Source: an uncultured Acidobacteriota bacterium
Lineage (GTDB): Bacteria > Acidobacteriota > Vicinamibacteria > Vicinamibacterales > UBA2999
NCBI GenBank assembly: GCA_963839865.1
Contig: CAWIWS010000030.1
Location: 5,301-69,300 of the forward strand
Direction: 5' to 3'
DNA length: 64,000 nt
Both the position numbers and the translations under genes were made by a program. The notes below the pieces were generated by a model, which ran no database searches, was not told where the DNA came from, and was given only the letters and a program-made list of their open reading frames with translations. Each line of letters starts with the position of its first letter. Position 1 is the stretch's first letter. Below are positions 51,929 through 62,140 of this stretch, piece after piece.

Positions 51929-52620
51929 ATGGACAGCGTTCCCGGCGGGCCGCTCGCCGTCATTCTCGCGATCTGCAGGCCATCTTCACCACCCGTCTGG
52001 ACGCCTTCGTCGCCTACGGCCGTCCCAACGGCGCCGCCGCGAGCCTGGCGCTCGTGCGGACGCTCACCGTGGACGACCTGTCGGCCTGCGCGGCCCGGGC
52101 GCACGCCTGGCATCGCGCGGGCGCGGCCACGCCGCTCCTGCTGGTCGCGCGACGAGTTCGCGAAGTCGCTCGACGCGTTCCCGATCGAGTACGGCGAGAT
52201 CATCGACACGCACACGGTGCTCTTTGGCGCGACCCGTTCGCGGGGCTCGCGATCGCGGCCGAGGACGTGCGGCGCGCGTGCGAGGTGCAGGTCAAGAGCC
52301 ACCTGCTGCACCTGCGCGAGAACTACGTGGACTGCGGCGCGCGCGCGGTCGCGGTCCGTGCCCTCGTCGCCGACTCGGCGCCGGGCTTTGCCGCGCTCCT
52401 CCGCCGGCTGGCCGCGCTCGACGGACATCCGGCCGGGACGCCGGCCGACCTCGGTGCGTTTGCCGCCGCGCGGTGCGGGCTCGACCCGCGCGTCGTGGGC
52501 GACGTGCTGGCCCTGATGCACGGCGCCGACGCCGCCGTGGACGCCACGCGCCTCTTCCCCGGCTACGTCACGGCGATGGAGCGGCTCGCGCAGTTCATCG
52601 ACGGATGGACCGTGGCATGA
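51929..52620 (+). CDS. conserved hypothetical protein (about 230 aa); apparent frameshifts
   Basis: Readable pieces: LQAIFTTRLDAFVAYGRPNGAAASLALVRTLTVDDLSACAARAHAWHRAGAATPLLL; RDEFAKSLDAFPIEYGEIIDTHTVLFG; DPFAGLAIAAEDVRRACEVQVKSHLLHLRENYV...LFPGYVTAMERLAQFIDGWTVA. I cannot name the family with confidence. Confidence 0.5.
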
Positions 52621-53444
52621 TCGCCGTGCTCCGGCGGGCGCCCTGTTGTCGGGCGCCTGCGCCTCGCGTGTCTCGCGCTGCTCGGCGCGGTCGGCCTCTT
52701 GCTGAGTGCGCCGTGCGCGGACGCGCAGCCGGCGCCGCCCGAACTCGACCGCGCCGGTCAACGACTTCGCCGGCGTCATGGATGCCGGCACGTCACGGCA
52801 GCTGGAGGACTTGATCCGCCGCCTGCAGGCGGCCACCGGCGACGTCCTCGTGGTGGCCACCGTGAAGACCTTCCAGCCCTGGCCGGACATCAAGTCCATG
52901 GCCGTGAAGATGTTCCAGAACGGCGGCAAGGGCATCGGCACCAAGGGCAAGGACAACGGCGCGCTGCTGCTGCTCGCGCTCGACGATCGCCAGGTCTGGG
53001 TGGAGGTGGGCTACGGGCTCGAGGGGTTCGTCACCGACGGGTTCGCGGGCGAAACCAGCCGCGACACGATGGTGCCCTTCTTCCGCCGCGGCGAGTACGG
53101 CCAGGGGCTGCTCGCGGGCGCGACGCGCCTCGCCGGGCGCATCGCCGAGGGCCGCAACGTCGACCTGCCGCTCACCCCCGTCCGCCCGCCCGCGACTGCG
53201 CGTCGGCAAGGGCGGCATCCCGTTCGGCACGTGGATTATCCTCGCGATCATCATCCTGAATCTGATCGGCCGGCGGCGCCGCGGATCGCGGTTGGGCCGT
53301 GGGCCCTGGTCGAGCGGGATCGGCACGTTCGGCGGTGGCGGCTTTGGCGGCGGCGGCTGGGGTTCTGGAGGCGGCTTTGGCGGCGGCTTCGGGGGCTTTG
53401 GCGGCGGGCGCTCGGGCGGCGGCGGTGGCGGCGGATCATGGTAG
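52617..53444 (+). CDS. TPM-domain protein (YgcG-like) with a TM segment and a Gly-rich C-terminal tail; apparent frameshifts
   Basis: PVNDFAGVMDAGTSRQLEDLIRRLQAATGDVLVVATVKTFQPW...DNGALLLLALDDRQVWVEVGYGLEGFVTDGFAGE...FRRGEYGQGL. The other frame reads IPFGTWIILAIIILNLIGRR...GGGGFGGGGWGSGGGFGGGFGGFGGGRSGGGGGGGSW. The ATG overlaps the upstream stop (ATGA). Confidence 0.75.
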
Positions 53445-53454
53445 AAAGGGAGCT

Positions 53455-54030
53455 ATGAAGACAGTGACGCGTTTGCTCGTGATGGTGGCCCTGGTCGGCG
53501 CGGCGGTGGCCACGTCGGGGTGCTGGTACAACACCTTTGTCAGCCAGGAAGAAGGCATCAAGGCGCAGTGGGCGCAGGTCGAGAACCAGCTGCAGCGCCG
53601 GAACGATCTGATTCCGAACCTGGTCGAGGCCACCAAGGGCTTCGCGCAGCAGGAGCGCGACGTGTTCCAGGCCATCGCCGATTCGCGGGCGAAGCTGGCC
53701 GGCGCGTCGACCCCCGGCGAGAAGATGGCGGCGGCCAACGAGCAGTCGTCGGCGCTCGCCCGCCTGCTGGTCGTCGTGGAGAACTACCCGGTCCTCAAGT
53801 CCAACGAGACCTTCGCGCGGCTGATGGACGAACTGGCCGGGACCGAGAATCGCATCGCAGTCGAGCGCATGCGCTACAACGAGGCCGTCCAGGCCTACAA
53901 CACCAGCCGCCGCTCGTTCCCCAGCAACATCACGGCGGGCATCTTCGGCTTCAAGGAATACGAGCTGTTCAAGGCGCCCGAGGCGGCCAAGCAGGCCCCG
54001 AAGGTCGACTTCTCGCGCCCCAAACCGTAG
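53455..54030 (+). CDS. lemA: LemA-family protein (191 aa, intact)
   Basis: Lipoprotein-like N-terminus MKTVTRLLVMVALVGAAVATSGC. Then YNTFVSQEEGIKAQWAQVENQLQRRNDLIPNLVEATKGFAQQERDVFQAIADSRA...ENYPVLKSNETFARLMDELAGTENRIAVERMRYNEAVQAYN. An SD-like AAGGGAG lies upstream. Confidence 0.9.
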   Translation: MKTVTRLLVMVALVGAAVATSGCWYNTFVSQEEGIKAQWAQVENQLQRRNDLIPNLVEATKGFAQQERDVFQAIADSRAKLAGASTPGEKMAAANEQSSALARLLVVVENYPVLKSNETFARLMDELAGTENRIAVERMRYNEAVQAYNTSRRSFPSNITAGIFGFKEYELFKAPEAAKQAPKVDFSRPKP

Positions 54031-54149
54031 GGAAAGACCGGGTACAAATAAGATCGGGTCGATATACCGAAGACGAACCGCCCGGATAATTGACCCGATT
54101 CTGTTTTACCCGGTTTCCAACCCTTCCCCCCTCCCCACCATCCAATCAA

Positions 54150-54684
54150 GTGCCAGTGGACGACGTCGTCCTTGCCTCTCAAGGGGATACGGCGGCTTTC
54201 GAGCGGGTCTACCGGGCGCATCTGCCGAGGGTCTTCAATCTGGCCCGCCGGATGGCCGGTCCCGACGCGGCCGAGGAATTGACGCAGGACGTCTTCGTCC
54301 GCGCGTGGCAGAAGCTCGGCCTGTTTCGAGGCGAATCGTCCTTCGCCACGTGGCTGCATCGGCTCGCGGTCAACGTGATCATCGAGCGGTTCCGGACGCT
54401 CGGCACGGCGCGCGACCGATTCCTGCCGGACGGCGAAGCGGTGCTCGACATCGCGCCCGCCCGGCCCTCGAGGCACTACGACCTCGGGCATGGACCTCGA
54501 GGCGGCGATCGCGGAGTTGCCCGACGGCGCCCGGACGGTATTCGTGCTGCACGACGTCGAGGGGTACCGGCACGAGGAGATTGGCGGCATCCTGGGCGTG
54601 TCCGCCGGCACGTCGAAATCGCAGTTGCACCGGGCGCGGCAGATGTTGAGAACGAAGCTAACGAGACGGAGCACAGCGTCGTGA
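54150..54684 (+). CDS. ECF-type RNA polymerase sigma-70 family factor; one apparent frameshift near 54480
   Basis: Region 2: [71 protein letters not shown]. Region 4: [51 protein letters not shown]. Confidence 0.8.
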
Positions 54685-55267
54685 CAGATCACGCGTGGCA
54701 CACCGACGACAGGCTCGAGCCGGACGACATCCTGCTCCAGGCCATCGAGCGCCTTCCCGACGCGGCACCCGGCGCGGGACCTGTGGCCGGGCGTCGTCGG
54801 CGCGCATCCAGACGCGATCGCGCGGGCGGATCTCGGTGACGTGGGCGCAACTGGCGCTGGCCGCCTCGCTGCTGATGGCCGTGTCGTCCGGGCGTCACGT
54901 GGCTCGTCGCGCGGCAAGCCGACGAGCGCGCCGGCGCGTCGAGCAGGTCGTGCGGGCCGAGGCCGAGCCGTCGGGCGCGCCCGACGCGCACCTGGAACAG
55001 GCCAACTTTGCGGACGCCCAGTACGACGCCGCCGTCGTGGACCTCGAACGCATCCTGCGCGACGATCGCGCGCGGCTCGACCCGCGCACGGTGATGGTGA
55101 TCGAGCGCAACCTGCAGACCATCGACGATGCGATCGGCCAGGCCCGGCGCGCCCTCGACGCGGACCCGGCCAATCCCTATCTCAACTCACACCTGGCCGA
55201 CGCCCGGCGCCGCAAGCTGGACCTGCTGCGCCGCGCGACCGAACTGGCCTCAACCGGAGGGAACTGA
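54681..55267 (+). CDS. putative anti-sigma factor (single TM); apparent frameshifts
   Basis: Its GTG overlaps the sigma stop (GTGA). After the N-terminal cytoplasmic part comes the TM segment [17 protein letters not shown]. The C-terminal helical part reads [74 protein letters not shown]. The call rests on position and topology. Confidence 0.55.
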
Positions 55268-55270
55268 GCG

Positions 55271-56496
55271 ATGCCACGACCGATCGCTACACACATGGCT
55301 GACCGCCGCGCTCGCCCTGGCGCTCGGCGCCACCGCCGGCCGCGCAGGCGCGCGACGCGCAGAACACCGACACGCAGCAGCCGCCAATCCAGGCGCGGCC
55401 CGGCGGCCCCGAAGGCACGCCCAAGACCGACCAGACGGTGGACGTCGCCAAGGGCACGCGCCTCGTGCTCACCAACAACGCGGGCGAGGTCGTCGTGCGC
55501 TCGTGGGATCGCGACCAGGTGCGGGTGGAAGCCACGCACGGCGCGCGCGACCAGGTGGATCTGCAGACCGCCGACATGACCCTGCGGGTCCGCTCGCGCT
55601 CGACGCGCGGTCCCTCGGGACTGATCGACTATCGGGTGACCGTCCCCAAGTGGATGGCCGTGAACCTCTCGGGCACCTACCTCGACGCCACGATCGAAGG
55701 CACGACCGCCGAGGTCACGGTGGAGACGGTGCACGGCAACGCGCGCGTCGTCGGCGGCTCGGGCGCCGTGTCGATCCGATCGGTCGAGGGCATCATCACC
55801 GTCGACAAGGCCAGCGGCCGCGTGCAGGCCACGACGGTGAACGAAGGCATCCGCATCAGCAACGTCACCGGAGAGATCACGGCGGAGACCACCAACGGCG
55901 ACATCGTCGTCGAGAACGCGCAGACGTCGAACCTCGAGGCGTCGACCGTCAACGGCGACGTCACGTTCAACGGGACGCATCCGCGACAACGGCGTCTATC
56001 GCCTCACGACGCACGGCGGCGACATCCGCGTGGGCCTCGGCGGCGCCGCCAACGCCACGGTGTTCGTGCGGACCTTCCAGGGCGACTTCAACGCCGACTT
56101 CCCGATTCAGCTGCCCGAGGGGCAGTCGAAGAACAGCGGCAGCAAGCGGTTCAACTTCACGCTCGGCACCGGCAGCGCGCGCATCGAGGTGCAGTCGTTC
56201 AACGGCGACATCGTCCTCGCGCGGCGCACCGTCGCAAGCCAGGAAGAAGAGCGCCGCCGCCGGCGGGAAGGACGCACGCCCATGGCCGCCCCACCGGCGC
56301 CACCGGCGCCGCCGGCCCCCGCCGCCGCGCCCGCGCCGCAGGCCGCACCGGCGCGCCACGCCCGAAGCCGACCCGGCGGGTTCGAGCGCGAGTGGGAACA
56401 AGTTCGAGAACTTCGAGAACATCGACAAGGACGTCGAACAGGAGATCGAGAAGAGCCTCGAGAAGTTCCTGAAGGCGACGCCGTCCGCCCGGTTAG
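55271..56496 (+). CDS. DUF4097-type beta-strand-repeat protein (putative adhesin-like), secreted; apparent frameshifts and a missing stop
   Basis: Signal-like WLTAALALALGATAG. Repeats VVVRSWDRDQVRVEAT, DLQTADMTLRVRS, IDYRVTVPKWMAVNLSGTYLDATIEGTTAEVTVETVHGNARVVGGSGAVSIRSVEGIITVDKASGRVQATTVNEGIRISNVTGEITAETTNGDIVVENA and TVNGDVTFNG. Then a Pro/Ala-rich linker and ...DKDVEQEIEKSLEKFLK. Confidence 0.65.
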
Positions 56497-56497
56497 C

Positions 56498-56503
56498 TAG
56501 AAT
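56498..56503 (+). promoter_or_regulatory. -10-like box TAGAAT, 7 nt before the ATG at 56511
   Basis: Sequence reads ttagCTAGAATgagcggcATG. It has the same GCTAGAAT core as at 18065-18071. Confidence 0.4.
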
Positions 56504-57012
56504 GAGCGGCATGGCCCTCCTCGACGCCCTGCTGCCCGAATTCGATCGCGAGATGGGGCTCACGCGCCGCGTGCTGGACCGCGTGCCGGACAGCCAGTGG
56601 GCGTGGAAGCCGCACCCGACCAGCATGACCCTCGGCCGCCTCGCCGAGCATCTCGCCGAGATGCCGCAGTGGGCGGTGATGACGATGACGCAGGGGCAGC
56701 CTCGAGACGACCTCGGGCCGACCCGCGGACTACGTGTCGCCCGCGACCCGCGCTGAGGCCCTCGCGATGTTCGATGCGCATCTCACCGCCGGCCGCGCGG
56801 CCCTCGTGGGCAAGACCGACGCGGAATTCCTGGCGCCGTGGACCCTCATGGCCGGCGGCAAGGAGGTCTTCACCATGCCGAAGGCGGCGGTCCTGCGCAA
56901 CTTCGTCTTCAATCACATGGTCCACCACCGCGGCCAGATGACGGTCTACCTGCGGATGCTCGGCGTGGCGATGCCCTCGATCTACGGCCCCTCCGGCGAC
57001 GAAGCCATGTAG
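56502..57012 (+). CDS. DinB-family protein (more likely start ATG at 56511); apparent frameshift(s) about 56700-56740
   Basis: MALLDALLPEFDREMGLTRRVLDRVPDSQWAWKPHPTSMTLGRLAEHLAEMPQW. Then ...TRAEALAMFDAHLTAGRAALVGKTDAEFLAPWTLMAGGKEVFTMPKAAVLRNFVFNHMVHHRGQMTVYLRMLGVAMPSIYGPS. Confidence 0.75.
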
Positions 57013-57038
57013 GGCAACCAAGGTGAGGCGCCGTGGGC

Positions 57039-57044
57039 TACAAT
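57039..57044 (+). promoter_or_regulatory. -10-like box TACAAT followed by SD GGAGG (57052-57056) and the ATG at 57064
   Basis: Sequence reads gtgggCTACAATcccggccGGAGGgtgttccATG. Confidence 0.45.
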
Positions 57045-57063
57045 CCCGGCCGGAGGGTGTTCC

Positions 57064-58354
57064 ATGGCCGATTCAGTATCCCGTCGCGACTTCGCCCGTC
57101 TCTTTGCCGTCGGCGGCTCGGCCGCGCTCTTCGCGGATCCCGCGTGGGCGCGCCTCGCGCCGCAGGTGCCGGCCTTCGCGCCCGGCCCGGCGGCCTCCAG
57201 CGGCGAGGCCTACTGGAAGACGGTCCGCGAGCAGTTCGTCACGCCGCCGGATCTCGGCGTGCTGAACGCGGCCAACCTCTGTCCGTCCTCGCGGCCCGTG
57301 CTCGAGGCGCTCAATCGCGAAACCGCGAACATCGACCGCGATCACTCGCAGCAGAATCGCGCGCAAGTACACCGAGACCAAGGAAGAGACGCGGCGGCGC
57401 CTCGCCGCCTTCCTGCGCGTCACGCCCGAGGAGATTGTCCTCGCGCGGAACACCAGCGAGGCCAACAACTTCGTCTCGAACGGCGTCGACCTCAAGCCGG
57501 GCGACGAGGTGGTGATCTTCAGCGACAACCACCCGTGCAACAACACGGCGTGGACCGAGAAGGCCAAGCGTTTCGGGTTCACCGTGAAGGTGGTGGACCA
57601 GGTGAATCCCCATCCGGGCATGGAGTACTACCTCCAGGCGTTCACCAAGGCCATCACGCCGAAGACGAAGGTGCTGGCCTTCACGCACCTGACGAGCACA
57701 GTCGGCGACCTCTTCCCCGCGAAAGAGCTGTGCCGCATGGCCCGCGAGCGGGGCGTGCTCACGCTCATCGACGGCGCGCAGACGTTCGGCCTGCTCGACG
57801 TCGACCTGTCGGACCTCCAGCCGGACTTCTACTCCGGCAGCGCGCACAAGTGGGTGTGCGGCGCGCGCGAGTGCGGCGTGCTCTTCATCAACAAGCGCTC
57901 GCACGACAAGATCTGGCCGTCGATCTACAGCGCGTATCCGGGCGCGGTCGGGGTCTCGAAGACCTTCGAGAGCTTCGGCCAGCGCGACGACGCCACGATG
58001 GTGGCGTTCGGCGAGGCGCTGCCCTTCCAGGAGAAGGTGGGGCGCGCGGCCATCGAACAGCGCTCGCGCGCGCTCGCGCAGCAGCTGATGGCGGGCCTCA
58101 AGAAGCTGGACGGCATCACGCTGTGGACCAACCCGGCGCCCGATCGCTCGGCCGCCGTCGTCTCGTTCCTGCCGGGCACGCTCAACCCGCAGAAGCTGTC
58201 CATGGCGCTCTATGAGAAGGACCGCATCGCGGTCACGACGCGCGGCGGCACCGACCGTGCCGGCCTGCGCGTGTCGCCGCACTTCTTCAACTCCCCTGAA
58301 GAAGTGGATCGCCTCGTCGCGGCGCTTGGGCGATACTTGAAGACTGGTGTCTGA
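57064..58354 (+). CDS. class V aminotransferase-fold PLP enzyme (cysteine desulfurase / isopenicillin-N epimerase-like) with a Tat-type signal; one apparent frameshift near 57360
   Basis: Twin-arginine N-terminus MADSVSRRDFARLFAVGGSAALFA. Then YWKTVREQFVTPPDLGVLNAANLCPSSRPVLEAL. Then NTSEANNFVSNGVDLKPGDEVVIFSDNHPCN...VLAFTHLTSTVGDLFP...LIDGAQTFGLLDVDLSDLQPDFYSGSAHKW. Confidence 0.85.
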
Positions 58355-59324
58355 TTCGTTCCAACCGGCGCCGGGCCTGTCAGGGGGTCACCAGATGACC
58401 GTCTACGCATGGGCCCGTCCCCGTGCCTTGCCCAACCTGCCGCCGCCCGAGACGCGCTTCTTCGACGTCGCCGCCGACGCGCGCGTGCTGGCGCACTGCA
58501 ACTGGCAGCCGGAGCCCCAACGCCACGCCACGCTGCTGCTGCTCCACGGCCTCGAAGCGTCCAGCAGCGCCCACTACATGCGCGGCCTCGCCGACAAGGC
58601 TTTTGTCCGCGGCTTCAACGTCGTTCGGCTGAACCAGCGCAACTGCGGCGGCACGGAGCACCTGTCGCGCGGGCTCTATCACTCGGGGCTCACGTCCGAC
58701 CCCTTGTTCGTGCTGAAGGAGTTGCGCGAGCGGGACGGCCTCACGGCGTTCGGCGTGGCGGGCTATTCGCTCGGCGGAAACCTGGCGATGAAACTGGCGG
58801 GCGAGCTCGGCGCGGACGGGTTCCCGGAAGTGAAGGCCGTCGCGGCGGTGTCGCCGGTGATCGAGCTCGAAGACTGCGTGCGATCCATCGAGCGCCCGGC
58901 CCACCGGGTCTACGAATGGAACTTCTGCCGGAACCTGAGGGCCCGCATGCGCCGCAAGGCGCTCCTGTATCCGGGCGTCTTCGACCTGGCGGGCCTCTGG
59001 CGGGTCTGGTCCATCCGTGGATTCGACGAGCGTTTCACGGCTCCGCACTTCGGCTTCAAAGGCGCCTCGGACTACTACCACCACGCCAGCGCGACGCGCG
59101 TGATCGATCGGGTGACGCGGCCGGCGTTGATCATCAGCGCCGAGGACGACCCCTTCGTCCCGGCGCACATCTTCCGCGTGCCGGCGCTCACGGCGAATCC
59201 GCACATCACGACGATGATCACGCCCCAGGGCGGCCACTGCGCCTTCATGGAAACGCCGAACGGCGACGACGGCTACTGGGCGGAACGAAAAGTGGTCGAG
59301 TTCCTGGCAGGGCACCTACGTTAG
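58347..59324 (+). CDS. alpha/beta-fold hydrolase (YheT/ABHD1-3-like) (325 aa, intact)
   Basis: LSGGHQMTVYAW...ATLLLLHGLEASSSAHYMRGLADKAFVRGFNVVRLNQRNCGG...FGVAGYSLGGNLAMKLAGE (GxSxG)...ISAEDDPFVP...GGHCAF. Confidence 0.85.
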   Translation: MSDSFQPAPGLSGGHQMTVYAWARPRALPNLPPPETRFFDVAADARVLAHCNWQPEPQRHATLLLLHGLEASSSAHYMRGLADKAFVRGFNVVRLNQRNCGGTEHLSRGLYHSGLTSDPLFVLKELRERDGLTAFGVAGYSLGGNLAMKLAGELGADGFPEVKAVAAVSPVIELEDCVRSIERPAHRVYEWNFCRNLRARMRRKALLYPGVFDLAGLWRVWSIRGFDERFTAPHFGFKGASDYYHHASATRVIDRVTRPALIISAEDDPFVPAHIFRVPALTANPHITTMITPQGGHCAFMETPNGDDGYWAERKVVEFLAGHLR

Positions 59325-60545
59325 CGCTTCCCTGTCCCGGACGCCGAGCAGGTAGAGAATCCCGTCGAGGCCCATGGTGGTGAGGGACTGCCTGGCGCTC
59401 TGCCGCACCACGGGCTTGGCGCGAAAGGCGATGCCGAGGCCGGCGAGCCGCAGCATCGGCAGGTCGTTGGCGCCGTCGCCGACGGCGATCACCTGTTCCA
59501 TGCTGAGGCCTTCGGCCCTGGCGATCTCCGTCAGGTAGTGCGCCTTGCGCGCGCCGTCGACGATCTCCGTGCGCACCTCGCCGGTGACGACGCCGTCGCG
59601 GATGTCGAGCTCGTTGGCGTGCAGGTAGTCGATCCCGAGCCGCCGCTGGAGCTCCCGGCCCATGAAGGTGAACCCGCCGGACAGGATGGCGGTCTTGTAG
59701 CCAAGCCTCCGCAGCGTGGACACGAGCCGCTCGGCGCCGTCCATGAGCGGCACCGTCTCCACGACCTGCGTCAGCGCGGCCTCGGGCAGGCCCTTGAGCA
59801 GCGACACGCGCTTGCGGAAGCTGCCCTGGAAGTCCAGTTCTCCGCGCATCGCCGCCTCGGTGATCGCCTGCACCTGGTCGCCGACGCCGGCCAGGCGCGC
59901 CAGCTCGTCGATCACCTCGGTACGAATCAGCGTCGAGTCCATGTCGAACGCCACGAGCCGCCGGTTGCGCCGGTAGACGTTGTCGTGCTGGAACGCGATG
60001 TCGATGTCGTACTCGTGCGTCAGCGCCATCAGCGCGGACCGCACCTCGTCTTCGCTCGCGAGGTCGCCGGACGTGGACAACTCGATGCACACGCGCGCGG
60101 TCTCCGGCGCGGCGTCCAGCGCCGTGCGGCCCGAGAGGCGATCGATGCGGTCGATGTTCAGGCCGGCGTGCGCGAGGGCGCCGCTGACCGCGGCCAGGTG
60201 CGCCGCCGTCAACGTGGGCCCGAGCACGCTCACCAGGTACCGGCCCTTGCTCTGGCTGAGGACCCAGGCCTGGTATTCATCACCGGACGAGGCGGAGAAC
60301 CGGATCTGGACGCCGAGCTGGTGCGCCTTCAGCAGCAACTCGGTGAGCAGCGACGAGGTCTTCATGTCGTCGGTCAGCTCCACGAGCATGCCGAGCGCGA
60401 GCGCGTCGTGGATGACGGCCTGGCCGATGTCGAGGATGCGCGCGCCGGAGCGCGCGAGGATGCCGGCGAGCGCGTGGGTCACGCCCGGCTGGTCGTGGCC
60501 GGTGATATCGATGTGCAGGACCCGCGATTCGATGAGCGACGGCAC
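59316..60545 (-). CDS. serB: phosphoserine phosphatase SerB with N-terminal ACT domains (409 aa, intact)
   Basis: ACT-like: HIDITGHDQPGVTHALAGILARSGARILDIGQAV. HAD motifs: LVAFDMDSTLIRTEVIDELA, AILSGGF and VIAVGDGANDLPMLRLAGLGIAFRAKP. Confidence 0.9.
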   Translation of the reverse strand: MPSLIESRVLHIDITGHDQPGVTHALAGILARSGARILDIGQAVIHDALALGMLVELTDDMKTSSLLTELLLKAHQLGVQIRFSASSGDEYQAWVLSQSKGRYLVSVLGPTLTAAHLAAVSGALAHAGLNIDRIDRLSGRTALDAAPETARVCIELSTSGDLASEDEVRSALMALTHEYDIDIAFQHDNVYRRNRRLVAFDMDSTLIRTEVIDELARLAGVGDQVQAITEAAMRGELDFQGSFRKRVSLLKGLPEAALTQVVETVPLMDGAERLVSTLRRLGYKTAILSGGFTFMGRELQRRLGIDYLHANELDIRDGVVTGEVRTEIVDGARKAHYLTEIARAEGLSMEQVIAVGDGANDLPMLRLAGLGIAFRAKPVVRQSARQSLTTMGLDGILYLLGVRDREALT

Positions 60546-60547
60546 GA

Positions 60548-62140
60548 TCAGGGTTCCAGCGTCGGCTTGTACTGCGGCGCCTTGCGCGCCTTCGTGGCCT
60601 GCTCGAAGGCGAACCCGTAACCGAGCAACTCACCTTCGGTGTACGGCCGGCCCATGAACGCGAGGCCAATGGGCAGGCCGTGGCTGTCGCCCGACGGCAC
60701 CGTGAGGCTCGGCGTGCCGGCGACCGCCGCCATCCCGTAGCCCGCGCCGACGAAGTGATCGCCGAGCACCGGATCGGTCGTCCACGCCGGCGACAGGCTC
60801 GGCGCAATCAACGCGTCGAGCTTTTGCGCGGTCAGCGTGGCCAGCAGGCCGTCCTGCCCCGCCAGCCGGCGGGCCGTGTCCCGCGCCTTGCGATAGGCCG
60901 CGTCGGTCAGCGGCCCCTTGGCCTGCGCCTGCTCGAAGATTTCCTGGCCGAAGATCGGCATCACCCTGGCGGCGTTCGCCTTGTTCCAGGCAATGAGCGC
61001 CTCGAGGGACGCGTGCGGCGATCCGCTCTTCTGCAGGTAAGCGTTCAGGCCGTCCTTGAACTCGTACAGCAGCATCTCGAATTCCGGATTGTTCCAGGCG
61101 TTGTAGGTGCCAATCTTCACGTCCACCACTTCGGCACCGCCGGCCTTGAGCGTCTCGATGGCCTTCTCGGTGACCGCGTCCACGTCCGGGTGATAGCCCA
61201 TCGCCTGGCGCACCACACCGAAGCGCTTGCCCTTCAGCGCGTCGGCTTTGAGAAACGTCGCCGTAATCGGCCGCGCCCTTCCCGGCCGATGCCGCCCCGG
61301 CGGGATCGGCCGCGTCCACGCCCACGAGCGCGTTCAGCAGAAGGGCCACGTCGGCCACGCTACGTCCCATCGGGCCCGCCGTGTCCTGCGAAATGGAAAT
61401 CGGGATGATGCCGCTGCGGCTGACGAGGCCGACCGTGGGCTTCAGGCCCACGAGCCCGTTCGACCGCCGATGGGCAGATGATGCTGCCGTCGGTCTCGGT
61501 CCCCACGCCGAAAGCGGCCAGGCTGGCCGCGATCGGCCGCGCCGGTGCCGGCGCTCGACCCGCACGGGTTGCGGTCGAGCACGTATGGGTTCTTGGTCTG
61601 CCCGCCGCGCGAGCTCCAGCCCGAGGTGGACCGGGTGGACCGGAAGTTCGCCCACTCGCTCAGGTTCGTCTTGCCGAGAATCACGGCGCCGGCGGCGCGC
61701 AGGCGGGCGGCAATGAACGCATCCTTGGCGGGGCGGTTCTCCGCCAACGCCAGCGACCCGGCGGAATTCACCATGCCGGCAACGTCGATGTTGTCCTTGA
61801 GCAGGACCGGCAGGCCGTGGAGCGGCCCGCGCGTCTTCCCCGCCTTGCGCTCGGCATCGAGCACGTCCGCCTCGTCGAGCGCCCGGGGATTGATCTCGAT
61901 CACCGCGTTCAACCGCGGCCCCGCATCGTCCACCGCCGCGATGCGATCCAGGTAGGCCTGCGCCAACGTGCGCGACGAGACCTTGCCTGACGTCAGTTGC
62001 GCTTGCGCGTCGGTGGCGCTCAGCTCCTCGACGTTCACGGCCGGCGCAACTGCGGCCGGCGGCGGAGCGGGCGCGGGCGCGCAGCCCGCAAGAACGAGCG
62101 CCAGAACCAGCGCGCTGCTTCTCAAGTCGGCAACCCTCAT
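60548..62140 (-). CDS. amidase (amidase-signature family) lipoprotein; several apparent frameshifts
   Basis: Lipobox MRVADLRSSALVLALVLAGC. Then LHGLPVLLKDNIDVAGMVNSAGSLAL...GAVILGKTNLSEWAN...GGQTKNPYVLDRNPCGSSAGTG. Then [45 protein letters not shown]. Ends ...GLPIGLAFMGRPYTEGELLGYGFAFEQA. Confidence 0.85.

Noticed and set aside
53251-53444. Gly-rich stretch GGGGFGGGGWGSGGGFGGGFGGFGGGRSGGGGGGGSW, considered as a frameshift artefact or a simple DNA repeat
   Set aside because: Gly-rich C-terminal tails after a TM helix are usual for TPM/YgcG-type proteins. The alternative frame (RRLWRRLRGLWRR...) looks non-biological.
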